This document shows positions 11,790 through 25,095 of a stretch of DNA of 64,000 nucleotides, one piece after another; positions within the stretch are counted from its first letter, which is position 1, and every line of letters begins with the position of its first letter. This stretch comes from Octopus sinensis (taxonomy: Eukaryota). The stretch is taken from positions 167,276,001-167,340,000 of the forward strand of contig NC_042998.1 of assembly GCF_006345805.1 (NCBI RefSeq), written 5' to 3'. The position numbers were made by a program, and so were the translations under genes. The notes under the pieces were generated by a model. The model made no database searches. It saw only the letters and a program-made list of their open reading frames with translations, and had not been told where the DNA came from.

Positions 11790-14230
11790 CGAGTGAAGAT
11801 CTTTCGTAAGGTAAGTGCTCCAATGGACTCAAAACGACAATAGTTATGTACTGTAATGCTATGAAAGAAGCGAGCTTACCGAAATTGGATAAGATTGCAA
11901 AAACATTCAACAGAGAAAGACTTGTTCCACATCACGAAACAAAGACTTTCAGGTAAAAAAAATTTAATCGTGAAAAAGCAATGGCTATCCCAATTGGAGC
12001 AGGAGGAGAACTCCACAATAGGGAAAGGATGTGACTATGCTGAACACGAAGAACAAAAAGTAGTATAAAACCAGGGATGAATAGAGGAACCAATAAATCC
12101 CCACAAAAGAAACAGCTACCCAGATAAAGGTAAAGTTTATTTTATGGAAGGAAAGACTGTTACAAAATAAGGAAGAAGTTTACTACTATACCTGAAAGAG
12201 GCACAAATAGCGAAAGAAAGAGGCTACCAGTTCCGGGAAGAATCGAAAGAGCAAAAATATACAAAGTAATGAAATGATTGAGAAACTCTTCACGAAAATC
12301 TACATCGGAAACATAACAGATCTAAACGTCCTTATATATTACTCAGCTCTGTCGCAGTGAGATACTTGCGATTAGAAGTGAAAGAAAATAAAAGGACAAA
12401 GCTCCCATGGTGGGAACGAAGGTTTGAAAATCAAACTGAACAACTTAAATGAGATCTCAAATGCAATCATAGAGAAGGAGAGAGAACTGAAAAAGAAACA
12501 ATTTAAAACAGAAAGGACTGCAAGTAGTTAAAGAACTAAAACAAAATATCAAAGCTGTATCGGGTAAAAAAAAGAACAATAAATACCAACAAAGGACAAA
12601 TTAGTACTAGCAGAATAGACTCTTCAAGAACAACGAAAGAAAATTCTATAAACAAAAGGACAAAGAAAAAGAGCATTAGGGAAAGGACTCCAACATAATA
12701 TAAAAGCAAACTGGTTACGGGAATTTAAAAGAGGAATGAAAAATGGAGTGACACAAGAAAAATATAATAATCACGGATACGAAAGTAAGAGATGATCCAG
12801 AAAATGCCAAACTGGAAAGCTCCCCAGACCAGATGTGTCCACGGTTTGTGGTTCAAAAACCTCCTGAGTATACATCTATTATATAAAATCTGTTCTGTCT
12901 GTCTGTGTGTGTGTCTTCTAGGATCTCGGGTATCCTCCATCCGATTACGCTCAGATTTTATATGTAGATACCGACGGTATCAGGGCGTGTATAGGTCTTG
13001 AACAAATTACAAAAATCAATTCCAGGTGAGAAGGCGATCGATAAAGTGAATAAAATCGTTTTTCTTTGGAATAGAAAAAAGTCTATCTTTATTTCTTCTT
13101 TTGCTGATGTCTCAAATTTAGGTTAAATCAGTGTTTCTCAAAGGAGAGGCCTATGGGACGGTCGGACAAGTTGTTTTGAGAAAATTTGGTTTAAATGGTT
13201 GACAACTCAGCACCGTCCATTGGACGGGCGGCGTTTTGCTCGTTGCTATATATGAGCATCCAACATTGGCTGACAAAAGGAAGGACACTGCTGACACAGA
13301 AGGACAAGAAAAGAGAAGAGAAGTCAGGTTTTATAGTCCTATTGCTTGCTCACCATATTTCTGTAAAGTATTAACCGGCCTTATAACAGATGAAAAGCAA
13401 AAAGAAGAGAGGAAGAAATCGAGGGGAACTGCTGATCTGAAAGATATAGAGAGACACAGCAGAATATTAAAAGAAGTACGAGTAAGGCGGAAGAATTTAG
13501 CTGCTTGGTGGGTAGATTACAGGACGACCAACGACCGTGTCCCACACAGATAGCTCTTGGAGTGTTTAAAGATGCTCAGAGTGAATGAAAAGATAAACAA
13601 CTTTTTGGAGAAAGCGATGAGAGAGTATGAAGCAGAACTGACATGTACAAACGAATCGTTAGGCAACGTGAAAAATATACAGGGGACATCTTCCAAGAAG
13701 TCTCGCTCTCTCCGTTACCCTTTGTCATTGGGCTAATCCGTCTGACAAATATACTGAGAAAATCCAGACCTGCCTATGAGTTTACCAAACCCAAGATAAG
13801 TATTAACCACTTACTTTATATGGGGTGCCTCATGATATATACAAAAAAATGAGACTGACCTGGATTCTTTAATCCAAATAGCGAGAGTATTCAGTAAAGA
13901 CATTGGAGTGCAGTTTGGGGTAGCTAAGTGCAAAGTACTTATGCGGAAAGGCCGGAAGATAAATTCTCAAGGCATAGAATTACCACAAAAGAACATCATT
14001 CCTTCACTATGGAATAATAAAGGATATAAATAGCTACGAGTGCTACAAGACGATAGGATAATGGAAAGAGAAATGAGAAAATACCTAAAGCGAACCGGTG
14101 GAGATTTAGGAAGGTACTCGAAACAAAATTAAATGATGGGACATCATTAAAGCTATAAATATATGGGCAATACCAATATTAAGATACTCTACTCCCTTTC
14201 AGAAATTGACAAAGATCGAGCTGCAGACCC

Positions 14231-14320
<90 letters not shown>

Positions 14321-14790
14321 TTCTCTCTGCCAAGAAGGAAATGTAGTAGACGGTTACTAAACGCAGATGACACGGTTGGTACTGCGATGCTGAGGCTGGA
14401 AATTATGTTGAAAAAAGAATACTTTCGGCAGCCAGAGATGCCCAAAAAGTGACTGAAACTGTAGGAGAATTCAAAGATAAAAGGCAGAACAACAGAATGA
14501 ACAAATGGAAAGTAATGGAACTGCATGGTCAATTCATGCAACAAACTGAAAATGTTGGATGTGAAGTCCGCTGGGTTTGATTGACAGACGGGAACTTGAA
14601 ACACACACAAAAAAAAACAGAAACATTAAGGGCAAACACTTAGAAACAAATCTGATGAAGACAGAGATTGACAAAACTCAATCAGACAACAAATGTAAAA
14701 TTTCCAGGAAAGGAGCAGAGAGTATCAACCACATTTTGAGTGAGTGCAGTACACAAACAGAAGGAAAAAAAGAGTACAAACGCAGGTATA
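11790..14790 (+). mobile_element. Long decayed R4/Dong-like non-LTR retrotransposon (RT plus zinc knuckle), interrupted
   Basis: Motifs MPNWKAP, WLTKGRT, YSPIAC, WWVDY..VPH, IFQEVSLSPLPFVI, INHLLYM, LHGQF and CK...ESINHILSEC. It is split by an insertion at 12875-13242 and a (CT)n(TA)n tract near 14.25 kb. Confidence 0.85.
12875..13242 (+). mobile_element. Non-autonomous Helitron-like element
   Basis: Starts TCTATTATATAAAA directly after an A and ends CTCG before a T. It has a subterminal hairpin CCGTCCA-T-TGGACGG (13213-13227), no TSD, and interrupts LINE coding sequence. Confidence 0.65.
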
Positions 14791-15077
14791 TCTGTGCGGG
14801 CGTTTACATTGGGATGTAGCACGTCGATAATGGTTAATACCTTTCAATCTAATTCCTTGCAACCTTTGTAGACGAAAGATCTGACAACTTTAAAAGCAGA
14901 GCTTACTCTAAATCGCAATGTTCAGCTTTTAAGGCCACAATTACAGTATGCCTCTTCATTTCTTGAGTAAGCTGTCAACCATTATAATTTTCTGGATCAT
15001 GAATGACATAAACTTAATTTTAAAACACTAATAATTTTAAAATGTCTTGTTCTCAAATTGCCTACGCACCCTGTATA

Positions 15078-15349
15078 TTGTCATCGATGGAGATGTTATA
15101 TAGCATCACATGTGTCAAAGAAAATATATACCTCGTGCATCTACGCATGCATGAATCATTCGTATTATATGATACATCCACTAAATACATACATACATAT
15201 GTATGTATGTAGTATGTATGTATGTATGTATGTATGTATGTATGTATGTATGCATGTATGTATGTATGTATGTATGCATGCATGCATGTATGTATGCATG
15301 TATGTATGTATGTATATATATATATATATATAATATATATATATATATG

Positions 15350-15444
<95 letters not shown>

Positions 15445-15509
15445 CATACATACATGCATACATACATGCATGCATGCATACTACATACATACATACATAC
15501 ATACATACA

Positions 15510-15540
<31 letters not shown>

Positions 15541-15659
15541 GTATGTATGTATTTAGTGGATGTATCATATAATACGAATGATTCATGCATGCGTAGATGC
15601 ACGAGGTATATATTTTCTTTGACACATGTGATGCTATATAACATCTCCATCGATGACAA
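15078..15659. repeat. 582-bp inverted duplication centred on a (TA)n tract
   Basis: About 108 bp of unique sequence at each end reads as an exact reverse complement, enclosing mirrored (TATG)n and (TA)n tracts. Confidence 0.9.
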
Positions 15660-16381
15660 CATTACAAATTTACACAGATACCCTCCACCACACATATACA
15701 CTCACTGATACTTGACCTTCTTCGACTTCCTCTCTCCTGCCTTTCTCTTTTCTCTCTTACTTCCCGTCCTCTCCTTCTTTTCCTCTCAATACAACACAGA
15801 TCCTTTTCTTTTTCTTTTCCGGCCATATGGTTTCACTATTTGCCGTCCTTTTATACACAAACTGGCCACAAACAAACGTCATAAATGTAGCATCTTTCGT
15901 ATATCTGTATCTCCGGCCTCTCTTCTTTGAGTATTCTTTGAAAAAGGATGTAACCCGATCCTCTTCTATCTTTGCATTTGGTGTATATATTTTCAGTGTG
16001 CACATTCTTTGGTTGTTATTGTTTCATTTCATTTTTTCCCGCTTTTTCCCCCACCTGTTATATTTGTGTAAATACATATAATACTTATCTTTTCTCTCCT
16101 TACCTCATAAGCATCTCACTTTATTTGTATGACATTTCCCTATCTATCAATATATATATATATATTACATTGCTTATAAACTCTTTATTTGGATGGACTA
16201 ATTTTAAACTCTGTTGGACTATTAGACTTTACTCATAGGGTATTGGAATATTGCATATATACCAATATCCCTTAAAAATGGATTTACAACTTCAATACCC
16301 ATACATATCTTGCATCTATTTCCTCACTCTCTATTTCGTATCACATGTAAACTAACTATGACTTACCTATCCTCTCACACC

Positions 16382-16433
16382 GTCCCCGATGAAGTGATAT
16401 AATTAATAAATATCCTAGAAACGGCTGTAAGAC
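16382..16433 (+). ncRNA. Degenerate minimal type I hammerhead motif
   Basis: GTCC CCGATGA AGTGATAT..ATATCCT A GAAA C GGCT GTA / AGAC. It has a U4C change and a mismatch at the first stem I pair. Confidence 0.5.
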
Positions 16434-16504
16434 CTTCTATCTATAAATGCTCTAATATCTACACAGCCGTGGTTTTTATCTTATTACGCAAAAAATTCTT
16501 TTAT

Positions 16505-16538
<34 letters not shown>

Positions 16539-16625
16539 CATAAATAAAAATAAATATATATATATGTATATGAAAGTCGCATGCATACATCCATTCATCA
16601 ATATAATACATACATACATACATAC

Positions 16626-16955
16626 AGGCGTAGCTATCTGGTAAGAAGCTTGCTTCCCTACCACATGGTTCCGTGTTATAACCCACTGCGTGGTGGCACC
16701 TTGGGCAAGTGTCTTCAACTATAGCTTCGGGCCGTGCAAAGCCTTGTGAGTGGATTTGTTTGTGTCTATTTGTCCCTCCACCCCACCATCGCTTGACAAA
16801 CGATGCTGGTGTGTTTATGTCCCCGAAATTTAGCGGTTCGGTAAAATAGACAGAATAAGTCCTGGGGTCGATTTCTTTGACTAAAGGCGGTGCTCCAGCA
16901 TGCCCACAGTCAAATGACTGAAACAAGTAAACGAATAAAAAATAAAAGAATAAAG
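16626..16955 (+). mobile_element. tRNA-derived SINE, type B
   Basis: Homologous to 58590-58957, including GGCACCTTGGGCAAGTGTC and the tail GTCAAATGACTGAAACAAG. Confidence 0.85.
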
Positions 16956-18220
16956 AACATATATATATATACAAACACACATATACATATATACATACAC
17001 GCATGCACACACTCATACTGTATGGAAGCACTATTGCAGTATGGCGGGAAACTGTAAAATATGTTGTCAACTGTGATTATAACATTTTAGATTATACGCC
17101 CACATAGAAACACCTACTCAAACACAATGCATATATGCATTAATATATGTATGTATTGAATAATGTATGTATGTATGTATGTATGTATGTATGTATGTAT
17201 GTATGTATGTATGTATGTATGTATCTCTGTTAATGCATTTTTATGAATGTACAGGAATATATGCATACATATATATGCTATATAAACACTTTATATTTAC
17301 GTATATTTCTATATATTTCGACAGACAAGAATACATTTGCCTATAAGAGCGTGCGACTGTTAAGTGTAGATGTAAAGGCTTGTACATATATAATTGCATT
17401 CAACAAGTTGTACTTTTCCTTCTTGCCTGCAGAATTAGCGCATCTACGCGAAGAATTTGCAAATATACAGTGAAAAATGTGTTAGAGCAGCTGCTGAAGA
17501 AGACGGTTTGACAAGAAAAGGTTGAGCGAATGAGAGTAAGAGAGGGAAGAGAAAGAGAGAAAAAAAAAGAAAGAAGAGGAGAATAAAAATGACAGAGTGA
17601 GTGAAGCAGTGATAAGTCAGTGGGTGAAACAGGGGGATGCTGCCGTATGATAAATGTACAATTTACAGAATACAGATGACTAAACAACTGAGTAACCGTC
17701 TGTCTAAACAATTCTGACGTAACATACGTGTGTTTCGTATAAACACTGAGACACACACGTGCATACGCACATGCACACATATGTATATGTAGATATATAG
17801 CTGCAAATATATATGTGTGTATATATATGTATATATATATATATATAAGAGTGTATCTGTGTGTGTGTATATGTATATATATACATATAAACATGTATAT
17901 ATACATGTATATATATGCATACATATATAAGTGTATATATATATATATACATATATATATATACACACACACATATATATATTATAGATATCCGTGTGTG
18001 TGTGTGTGTATGTATTTAGATAGGCAGTGTTTACATTTTCATGCTTATTGATACAACCATATGTGCAATATATATAATCATGTGTGTATATATGTGTATC
18101 CACATATGCATGTATAATACATGCATACGCGCATACGCTGAGATAGATAGATAGATCTTTACATACATACATATCATGCATACATACATACATACATACA
18201 TACATACATACATACATACA

Positions 18221-18251
<31 letters not shown>

Positions 18252-18452
18252 GTGCGTGTATGTTATAGATGTTGTTGAATTCTACAAACACGTGAATATG
18301 ATTTGGTACACACATTCACATACGTCATCCGTACATTAGAATGTCACGATGTTCTTCACTCGAGTTTAAAAGACGACGACGACGACAACGACGACGACGA
18401 AGAAGAAGAAAAAGAAGAAGAAAAAGAAGAAGAAGAAGACAACAACAACAAC

Positions 18453-18491
<39 letters not shown>

Positions 18492-19021
18492 GCAGCAGCA
18501 ACAACAACAACAACAAGACTGTTCGCTGACCCGCGCTGATACCTTCTGTCGTATCTGCCGAAAAGTATTAAGAATAAAATATGGAAACCATCTTTTCGAA
18601 TGTCATTGTTCACTATGCATATAACGATTTATTATTGGCTGGTAGAAATCAGCACGAATCAGCAAACAATTTGGACGTAATAAAATATGCAAATCATTGT
18701 GTATACGCACACACACAGACACATTTGTGTGTGTGTGTGCATGTCATTGTTCCGTTTTATTTCAAGATTTCTTGCCAGTATGTATGTATGCATATGTGCA
18801 GATTTGTATGTTTTGCATTATGTACGTATTCTCATGCGTATAGTTGCATATCTAGACGTGTTCATATATACTTAAATGATAAACTTCTGGAAAGTTTTAC
18901 CAATTTTTACAGTTCCAGTGATGGATTGGATGTGTAGTCTTCGAATTAGCTTTCTCCTTTCTGCTTTTGAGAAGCCTAATTTCTCAATATTGGTATTTTG
19001 GCAGTGTGTTACATATCCTTT

Positions 19022-19346
19022 AAAAGACTCCGCCGGTTACGACGACGAGGGTCCCAGCTGATACGATCAACGGAACAGCTTGCTCGTGAAATTAACGTGC
19101 AAATGGCTGAGCATTCCACAGACACGTGTACCCTTAACGTAGTTCTCGGGGATAATCAGCGTGACACAAAGAGTGACAAGGCTGACCCTTTGAAATACAA
19201 GTACAACTCATTTTTGCCAGCTGAGTGGACTGGAGCAACGTGAAATAAAGTGTCTTCCTCAAGGACACAACGCGTCGCCGGGAATCGAACTCACAACCTT
19301 ACGATCATGAGCCGAATGCCCTAACCACTAAGCCACGCGCCCTCAC
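19022..19346 (-). mobile_element. Full-length tRNA-derived SINE, type D
   Basis: Minus strand has A-box TGGCTTAGTGG and B-box GTTCGATTCC, then the core GTGTCCTTGAGGAAGACACTTTATTTCACGTTGCTCCAG. Its tail is shared with the type C copy at 44299-44629. Confidence 0.9.
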
Positions 19347-19799
19347 GTTACATATCCTAGGGCCCCAATAATTACATGTATAAACCTGAACCTGTAATCT
19401 CAATAGAGTAACTGCAGATTTCTCAATAGTTCAACGTAGGTATTCACTTTTTCACCGATCTTCAGCTTTATGTTAACATCTGCAGGGCTGCTAATTTCCA
19501 CAACCGTGCACAGTTTCTCATCTCAATCCCAAATCATTATATCAGGTCTGATGTACTTACATTTTATTGAGATCTTCACTGGGACATTCCACCAGTACTC
19601 CTTTACATTATGAGTGGCTATGGCTTCTACCATACTGTGGGTTCTTATTTATTTGTCCCGGAGTTATCCTTCCGACTATGTATGTATGTATGTATGTATG
19701 TATGTATGTATGTATGTATGTATGCATGTATGTATGCATGTATGTATGTATGTATGTATGTATGTATGTATGTATGTATATGTATATGTATTGTGTATA

Positions 19800-20034
19800 T
19801 ATTACCTTGTCGACCAGACTGTATATTGTCGTTATACATCGCTTGTCACAATGCGCCTTGCATCGCTTTAGCTTTCGATTAATGCCATTCACCTGGTTAT
19901 GCGAGCAAGCCAGCACCGCCCCCAGTCGGAAGACTAATCTGTCACACAGTTACACATTTACAGCTGAGTAGAAATGAAGTGTTTTGCTGAAGAACACAAC
20001 GCAGCGTCCCTCAGTCTGGGAATGGAACCTACTA
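19800..20034 (-). mobile_element. Partial SINE, type D core with an alternative tail
   Basis: B-box-like GGTTCCATTCCC and core GCGTTGTGTTCTTCAGCAAAACACTTCATTTC. The tail resembles the one at 48780-48880. Confidence 0.65.
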
Positions 20035-20051
20035 TGTGTGCGTGTGTGTGT

Positions 20052-20087
<36 letters not shown>

Positions 20088-20217
20088 GTGTGCGCGCGTG
20101 TGTGTGCGCGCGCGCGCACACACGCGCGCACACACACGCACACACACACACACACACACATACACACACACACACGCACACATAGTAGGTTCCATTCCCA
20201 GACTGAGGACGCTGCGT
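19999..20217. repeat. 219-bp inverted duplication centred on (CG)n within (GT)n/(AC)n
   Basis: 36-bp unique arms (one 1-bp indel) plus mirrored microsatellite interruptions. Confidence 0.9.
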
Positions 20218-20284
20218 AAAGATTAAGGAGTAGGAAGTTAGTAAGCTTTGGCCTGATGAGTAGCTAGCGGAGTACCCCATGTTT

Positions 20285-20851
20285 ATAAATATCTTGGGTC
20301 ATACATATCATCATCTGGAAAAGATTTTCTAACTAGAAAGGGTATGGCCTGGTCAGCCTGTAATGACATGCATAAGATCTGGTCATCAAATCTAAGTAGA
20401 GACTTCAAACTTGAAATCTTCAAAGGCACAATCGAACCAATTCTACTATATGGCTCAGAAACCTGGACGTTATCAAAGAAGCTTGAGATGCGGTTGGATG
20501 GAATCTACACTCGCCTCCTTATGAGAGCTCAAAATCTCTCGTGGAAGCGCCATCCAACCAAAATGCAAGTATATGGGAAACTACCACCTGTATCATCTCT
20601 TGTGAAAGGTAGGAGAGTCCAGTTTGCAGGACATTGTTGTAGAGCTGAAAAAGAAGTAATTTCTACTCTTCTCCTCTGGAAGCCATCTACTCGCAATACC
20701 AGAGGGCGCACGCTCTCCTACCCTGATGTAATATCCAGGGATACAGGCATCCAGCAACAGGACCTCCGTAATGCCATGATGGACCGTGAAGTCTGGCGTA
20801 GCATGGTAAATATATTGTCTCGACCACGGTCGAACAATGATGATGATGATG
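20285..20851 (+). mobile_element. Young 5'-truncated RTE-clade LINE
   Basis: Uninterrupted frame KYLGSYI..LLYGSETWTLS..RRVQFAGHC..RGR..DREVWRSMV, then a (GAT)n tail. Perfect 11-bp TSD ACCCCATGTTT at 20274-20284 and 20852-20862. Confidence 0.9.
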
Positions 20852-20882
20852 ACCCCATGTTTGGGTAATTACTACCACCAAG

Positions 20883-20953
<71 letters not shown>

Positions 20954-21216
20954 AGTGTCCTTTATATATATATATAAAATGCAAAATGGGACAAGAACGC
21001 AAAACATCCGGATAACTAGGTGATAGAAAAGGGGACAACAAAACATCCAGATAGACGATACATAAAAACAAGGACGGGTCATTCGAAGCATTTTATCCTC
21101 AGTCAAGAACCGGATCATCCTCGCAATTTCGGCTCAGATGAATATGGTACTTAAGTTGAGGCACCAGAATTTTGTACGGTATTATCCATACAATTTCAAA
21201 GCAACGTGATTAAAAT

Positions 21217-21394
21217 AAAATAAGTAACAAGGATATCCAGAGGTAATGCAGTGCGATAGTTTCATGCAACTCCATTTAATTGAACAATGCAATCAGTACA
21301 CTGCATTTTAAATTGATGTAATGATTGCATTGTTCAATTAAATGCATGAAACGATCGTCCTGCATTACCTCTGGGTATCCTTGTTGCTTATTTT
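21217..21394. mobile_element. Fold-back (palindromic) MITE-like repeat
   Basis: Arms AAAATAAGTAACAAGGATATCCAGAGGTAATGCAG.. and ..CTGCATTACCTCTGGGTATCCTTGTTGCTTATTTT. A partial second copy lies at about 59225-59296. Confidence 0.7.
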
Positions 21395-21409
21395 GATATA
21401 TATATACAA

Positions 21410-21745
21410 AATGTTAAGAAGCTCGCTTTGCAACCTTGTGGTCTCGGGGTTCAATCTCTCTGAGCGGCACCTTAGGTAAGTGTCTACAAATGGTCCCAGC
21501 CGACAGTCATGTGAATGAATTTGTTAGGCGGAAACGCTGGAATCTCCTCATCTATTCCTGCACACATGCATACATAGTCCCACTCGCCTTTTAACAACCG
21601 GCTTTGGTTTGTTTACGTTCCTGTAACTTTACGGTTCAGGAAAAAGTGCCTGGTAAAGTAAGTGTTGGCTCCGATTTGATCACTAAACACTTCAAGGCGG
21701 TGCCCCAGCATGGCCTCACTCTAATGACTGAAATAAGTAAAGCAT
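21410..21745 (+). mobile_element. Diverged SINE, type B
   Basis: GGCACCTTAGGTAAGTGTC core and GCGGTGCCCCAGCATGGC..AATGACTGAAATAAG tail. Confidence 0.75.
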
Positions 21746-22198
21746 AACAGATAAAAGGTAATATATTTGTATGCACTCACACACACATTACTGGATTTCA
21801 ACTGCATACGATTTTACATTACACTCCTCTGTATTGATTTACTATGTGGTTTGTAGCCTGGTCTACTAAAAGAGCTTTTTTTCTTTTTTTGTCTATCACT
21901 ACGTTTTGTCTTGTGACTATCCTTCTTCTCCTTTCTCTTTTTCTCTCTTACTTTCACTCTCTCTCATATTCTATACAAATTTCTAAATTTCGCTTTCTTC
22001 TCAGTCACAAGACCACGACATACTTTGTGACCTCTCTAAATTTTAAGCACATTCTCTACACAAATGAATCTTTCATTTTGAAACAAAACAATCTTGTACA
22101 CATCTTCACACACATACACTCACACACGTACACACACGTACACGCACATACACGCGCGCGCGCATTGACACGCACTGTACTAAACAATTTTCTTTCTT

Positions 22199-22606
22199 TT
22201 ACTTATGAATCCCTTTGATCACCGTTTTATTCTGGCAGACCCTTATACCCAGTTGATGTTTAAAAACTAGTTTTATAGATACTTCTTTCAAAATTCTGGG
22301 TTTTTTGTTTTCTTTTTTCTTTCTTTCTGTTTTTTTTTCTGGGGTTTTGCGGAGATTTTTTCGAATGCATTTTCGTAGCAATATTCTCTGAGAGAACATG
22401 TTTTGGTGACCGAAACATGTCGAACTATGTTAAGCGATAGAGAAAGAAACCTAGCTGATTCTTGCAGTACATACATCTGAAGCAAAATTTTTTGCTGACC
22501 GCTTTAATACTACAATGGACTTCCAATTTACTATTTTGCTCGTGTGGGCCCCCAAAAAGTATATGGACCCCAGTCAAGAATCGCTGTTGATTTTGATTAC
22601 CACAGT
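22199..22606 (-). mobile_element. Truncated relative of the hAT MITE at 7300-7649
   Basis: Shares the internal block GAAAGAAGT(T/A)TCTATAAAACTAG and has a degenerate TIR-like end near 22594-22606. Confidence 0.5.
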
Positions 22607-23289
22607 ACATTATATATTTTACACCACAAAGTTAAAACCTTAACAAAACTGAAGCGGCGTAAATGAAGTGCCAGGGCTCATTCAGAAGGTCTATTTGAGT
22701 GAAGCAAAACAGCTAACAAACTCATGAGCAACGGGGAAAGCAATAAATAGACGGGCATTAAATTTGTTAATATTTTATCTACGTTTTTGCATATACTTGT
22801 AATGTCGATTCGTTTATTTTAATATAACCTTTTCTTGATTTTTATAGATTTTAATGATTTTGTTATTGTTTTTCTTTGTAGTAGTGTTAAGTCTTTCTGG
22901 TAGTGTGATAAAAATAGAAGATACAACTGTCCTCACGGGTTGCACATAGAATACTAGCTACTTTACTACAAATAGGCTTGGCTTGAAAAATCTTGTTCCG
23001 CCACTTTAAACTAGCGGCTGCAAAAATATAATTAATGTTTATACTGTATGATAACTATTACTAATACTCCTTCGCCAACCAATATTGCAGTCATAAATAC
23101 TCTTACTGGAGTTTTAATGGACGAACAGAAAGATTATTGCTATTCTGTATACGTCTCATATTTTATGTACACCGCACATCTGGGTTCAAATCCCATCGGA
23201 TATGACTTTCATTTTTTTCAAAGTTAGGATGATAATTAAGTATCAGTTCGGCACTAACGTTGTCTTAATGGACTTTCCATCCATCCAAC

Positions 23290-23690
23290 CTCTTTGCCCA
23301 CTACTCCTGAGAGAGTCGTGAGGCTAAAGTTCTCAAGCACCACTATATGGTTCTATCAGAAGCAACCGACAACCAGACTCACCGACTGGCCTTCCGAATA
23401 TAACCAAGTGAGATTATGGATATTATCCAACCAGCTAGTTCTTATTCTACCCCTAGGTCACCAGACGGTTTGCTCGGCTTGAATCCGTCTTGCGATCCTT
23501 TCCTGCAATATTTTTATCAAATGGCCTGAGTATCAGAAGTGTTATCCTTCAATGTTATGCTTCATTCAGCGCACTAGTCATCTTTGACATTTCCGTATAT
23601 ACATTTAGATTATATTTTATCCTACTTTTGGGTGTAAGTCAGTTGAATCTTCCCTTGTGCACCTCTTTTGCACCTCTGAAGAATGGAAGG
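23290..23690 (-). mobile_element. Decayed RTE-like LINE 3' fragment
   Basis: Minus frame YSGHLIKILQERIARRI..*PRGRIRTSWLDNI resembles the RTE C-terminal motif FGH..R..GRPR..W.D.I. Confidence 0.55.
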
Positions 23691-23744
23691 TAAATTTGTC
23701 CTAATCAAGTTTTGAACGCTGAACATCGACAGCTAGACAGACAA

Positions 23745-24050
<306 letters not shown>

Positions 24051-24774
24051 CACTGGGAATTCATATACAAATAGAATTGCCCTATGGAACTAACAGCATG
24101 TAATAAAATATCCAGAAGCCAGTAGCTGACTTAGAGTAGTCATATCGATAACATCCACCGAAGGAAATACTAGTTGATGGCTATTGGTAGCATCTGAAAA
24201 ACAAGCATCATCTTCGTTTCCAACTACCAAATTATCCTTTTCAGACAGTGCTATTATGAAAATTCTAAAATTGTCTTCTATTCAATCGTTTCGCTACCAA
24301 TTTCCTGTAATATACCATCCTTGTTTTTTCTGTGATTCCCTATTAGGTGACCTTGCAGTGAACTATAAGGTTTAATATAAATGGTTGTCTGTTAAGGTTG
24401 TGGTTATGTAGAACATGGTCTTGATTTTATTTTTTAGCATTCCTATTCGAGTTCGGTACGTATTTCTATATTGTTGTGGTTGGGTATATAACTGTTTTTC
24501 GTAGCAAGGCATTATTTTATTCAATAATTTATGCACGGGCGAAGGAGCAGTAATTATGACCTTCATAAGCTTTCCCAGACAGAAGAAACTGATGTAACAA
24601 ATGCTCAGCTTGAATCTGTTGGTTAAAAAGAATAGGGGCATGAATTGGGGTGAAGTGGTCTTCTCCAAATGCTGTTTGCATATGAATTCAAAAAAAAAGG
24701 AACCAATATGTTGGTAGCGATGTCAAGCCAAGAGCGTTTTAGGTCTACGCATCTGAGATTCCCATGAAGAAGAT

Positions 24775-25095
24775 TTAGCTGCTTTTTCTAACAGATTTAT
24801 CGACTACTAATCTTTCTTTCTTAGCCCTTCTCGATCTGTAAACACTCAAATGCCTCCTATTGTCACATGTGTAACAACTGTAGTTTCTATCTTGCACCAC
24901 CAATCTCGATGCTTTTGTATCTTCACGCACGATTGAGCACAGTTCCGGAATGGTGCTGTCGCTTTCTGTCATTAGATTTGTAAGTTCATACTCCCAACTC
25001 CTAACCACAAGATCTATCTTCGAGATCTCTGCACTCTCAATTTGCCCATATTGTGGTACAAAGGAAGCAACGAACCATCTGTCAATATACTCCAT
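24775..25095 (-). mobile_element. Possible decayed LINE ORF1 remnant with a degenerate zinc knuckle
   Basis: RLVVQDRNYSCYTCDNRRHL resembles the pattern R.VV.GR..C..C...GH. Confidence 0.4.

Noticed and set aside
22385-22425. Hammerhead-like GAAACATGTC with an upstream CTGAGAG
   Set aside because: The first core strand and stems I and II do not fit without several edits, and it lies inside a hAT-related repeat.
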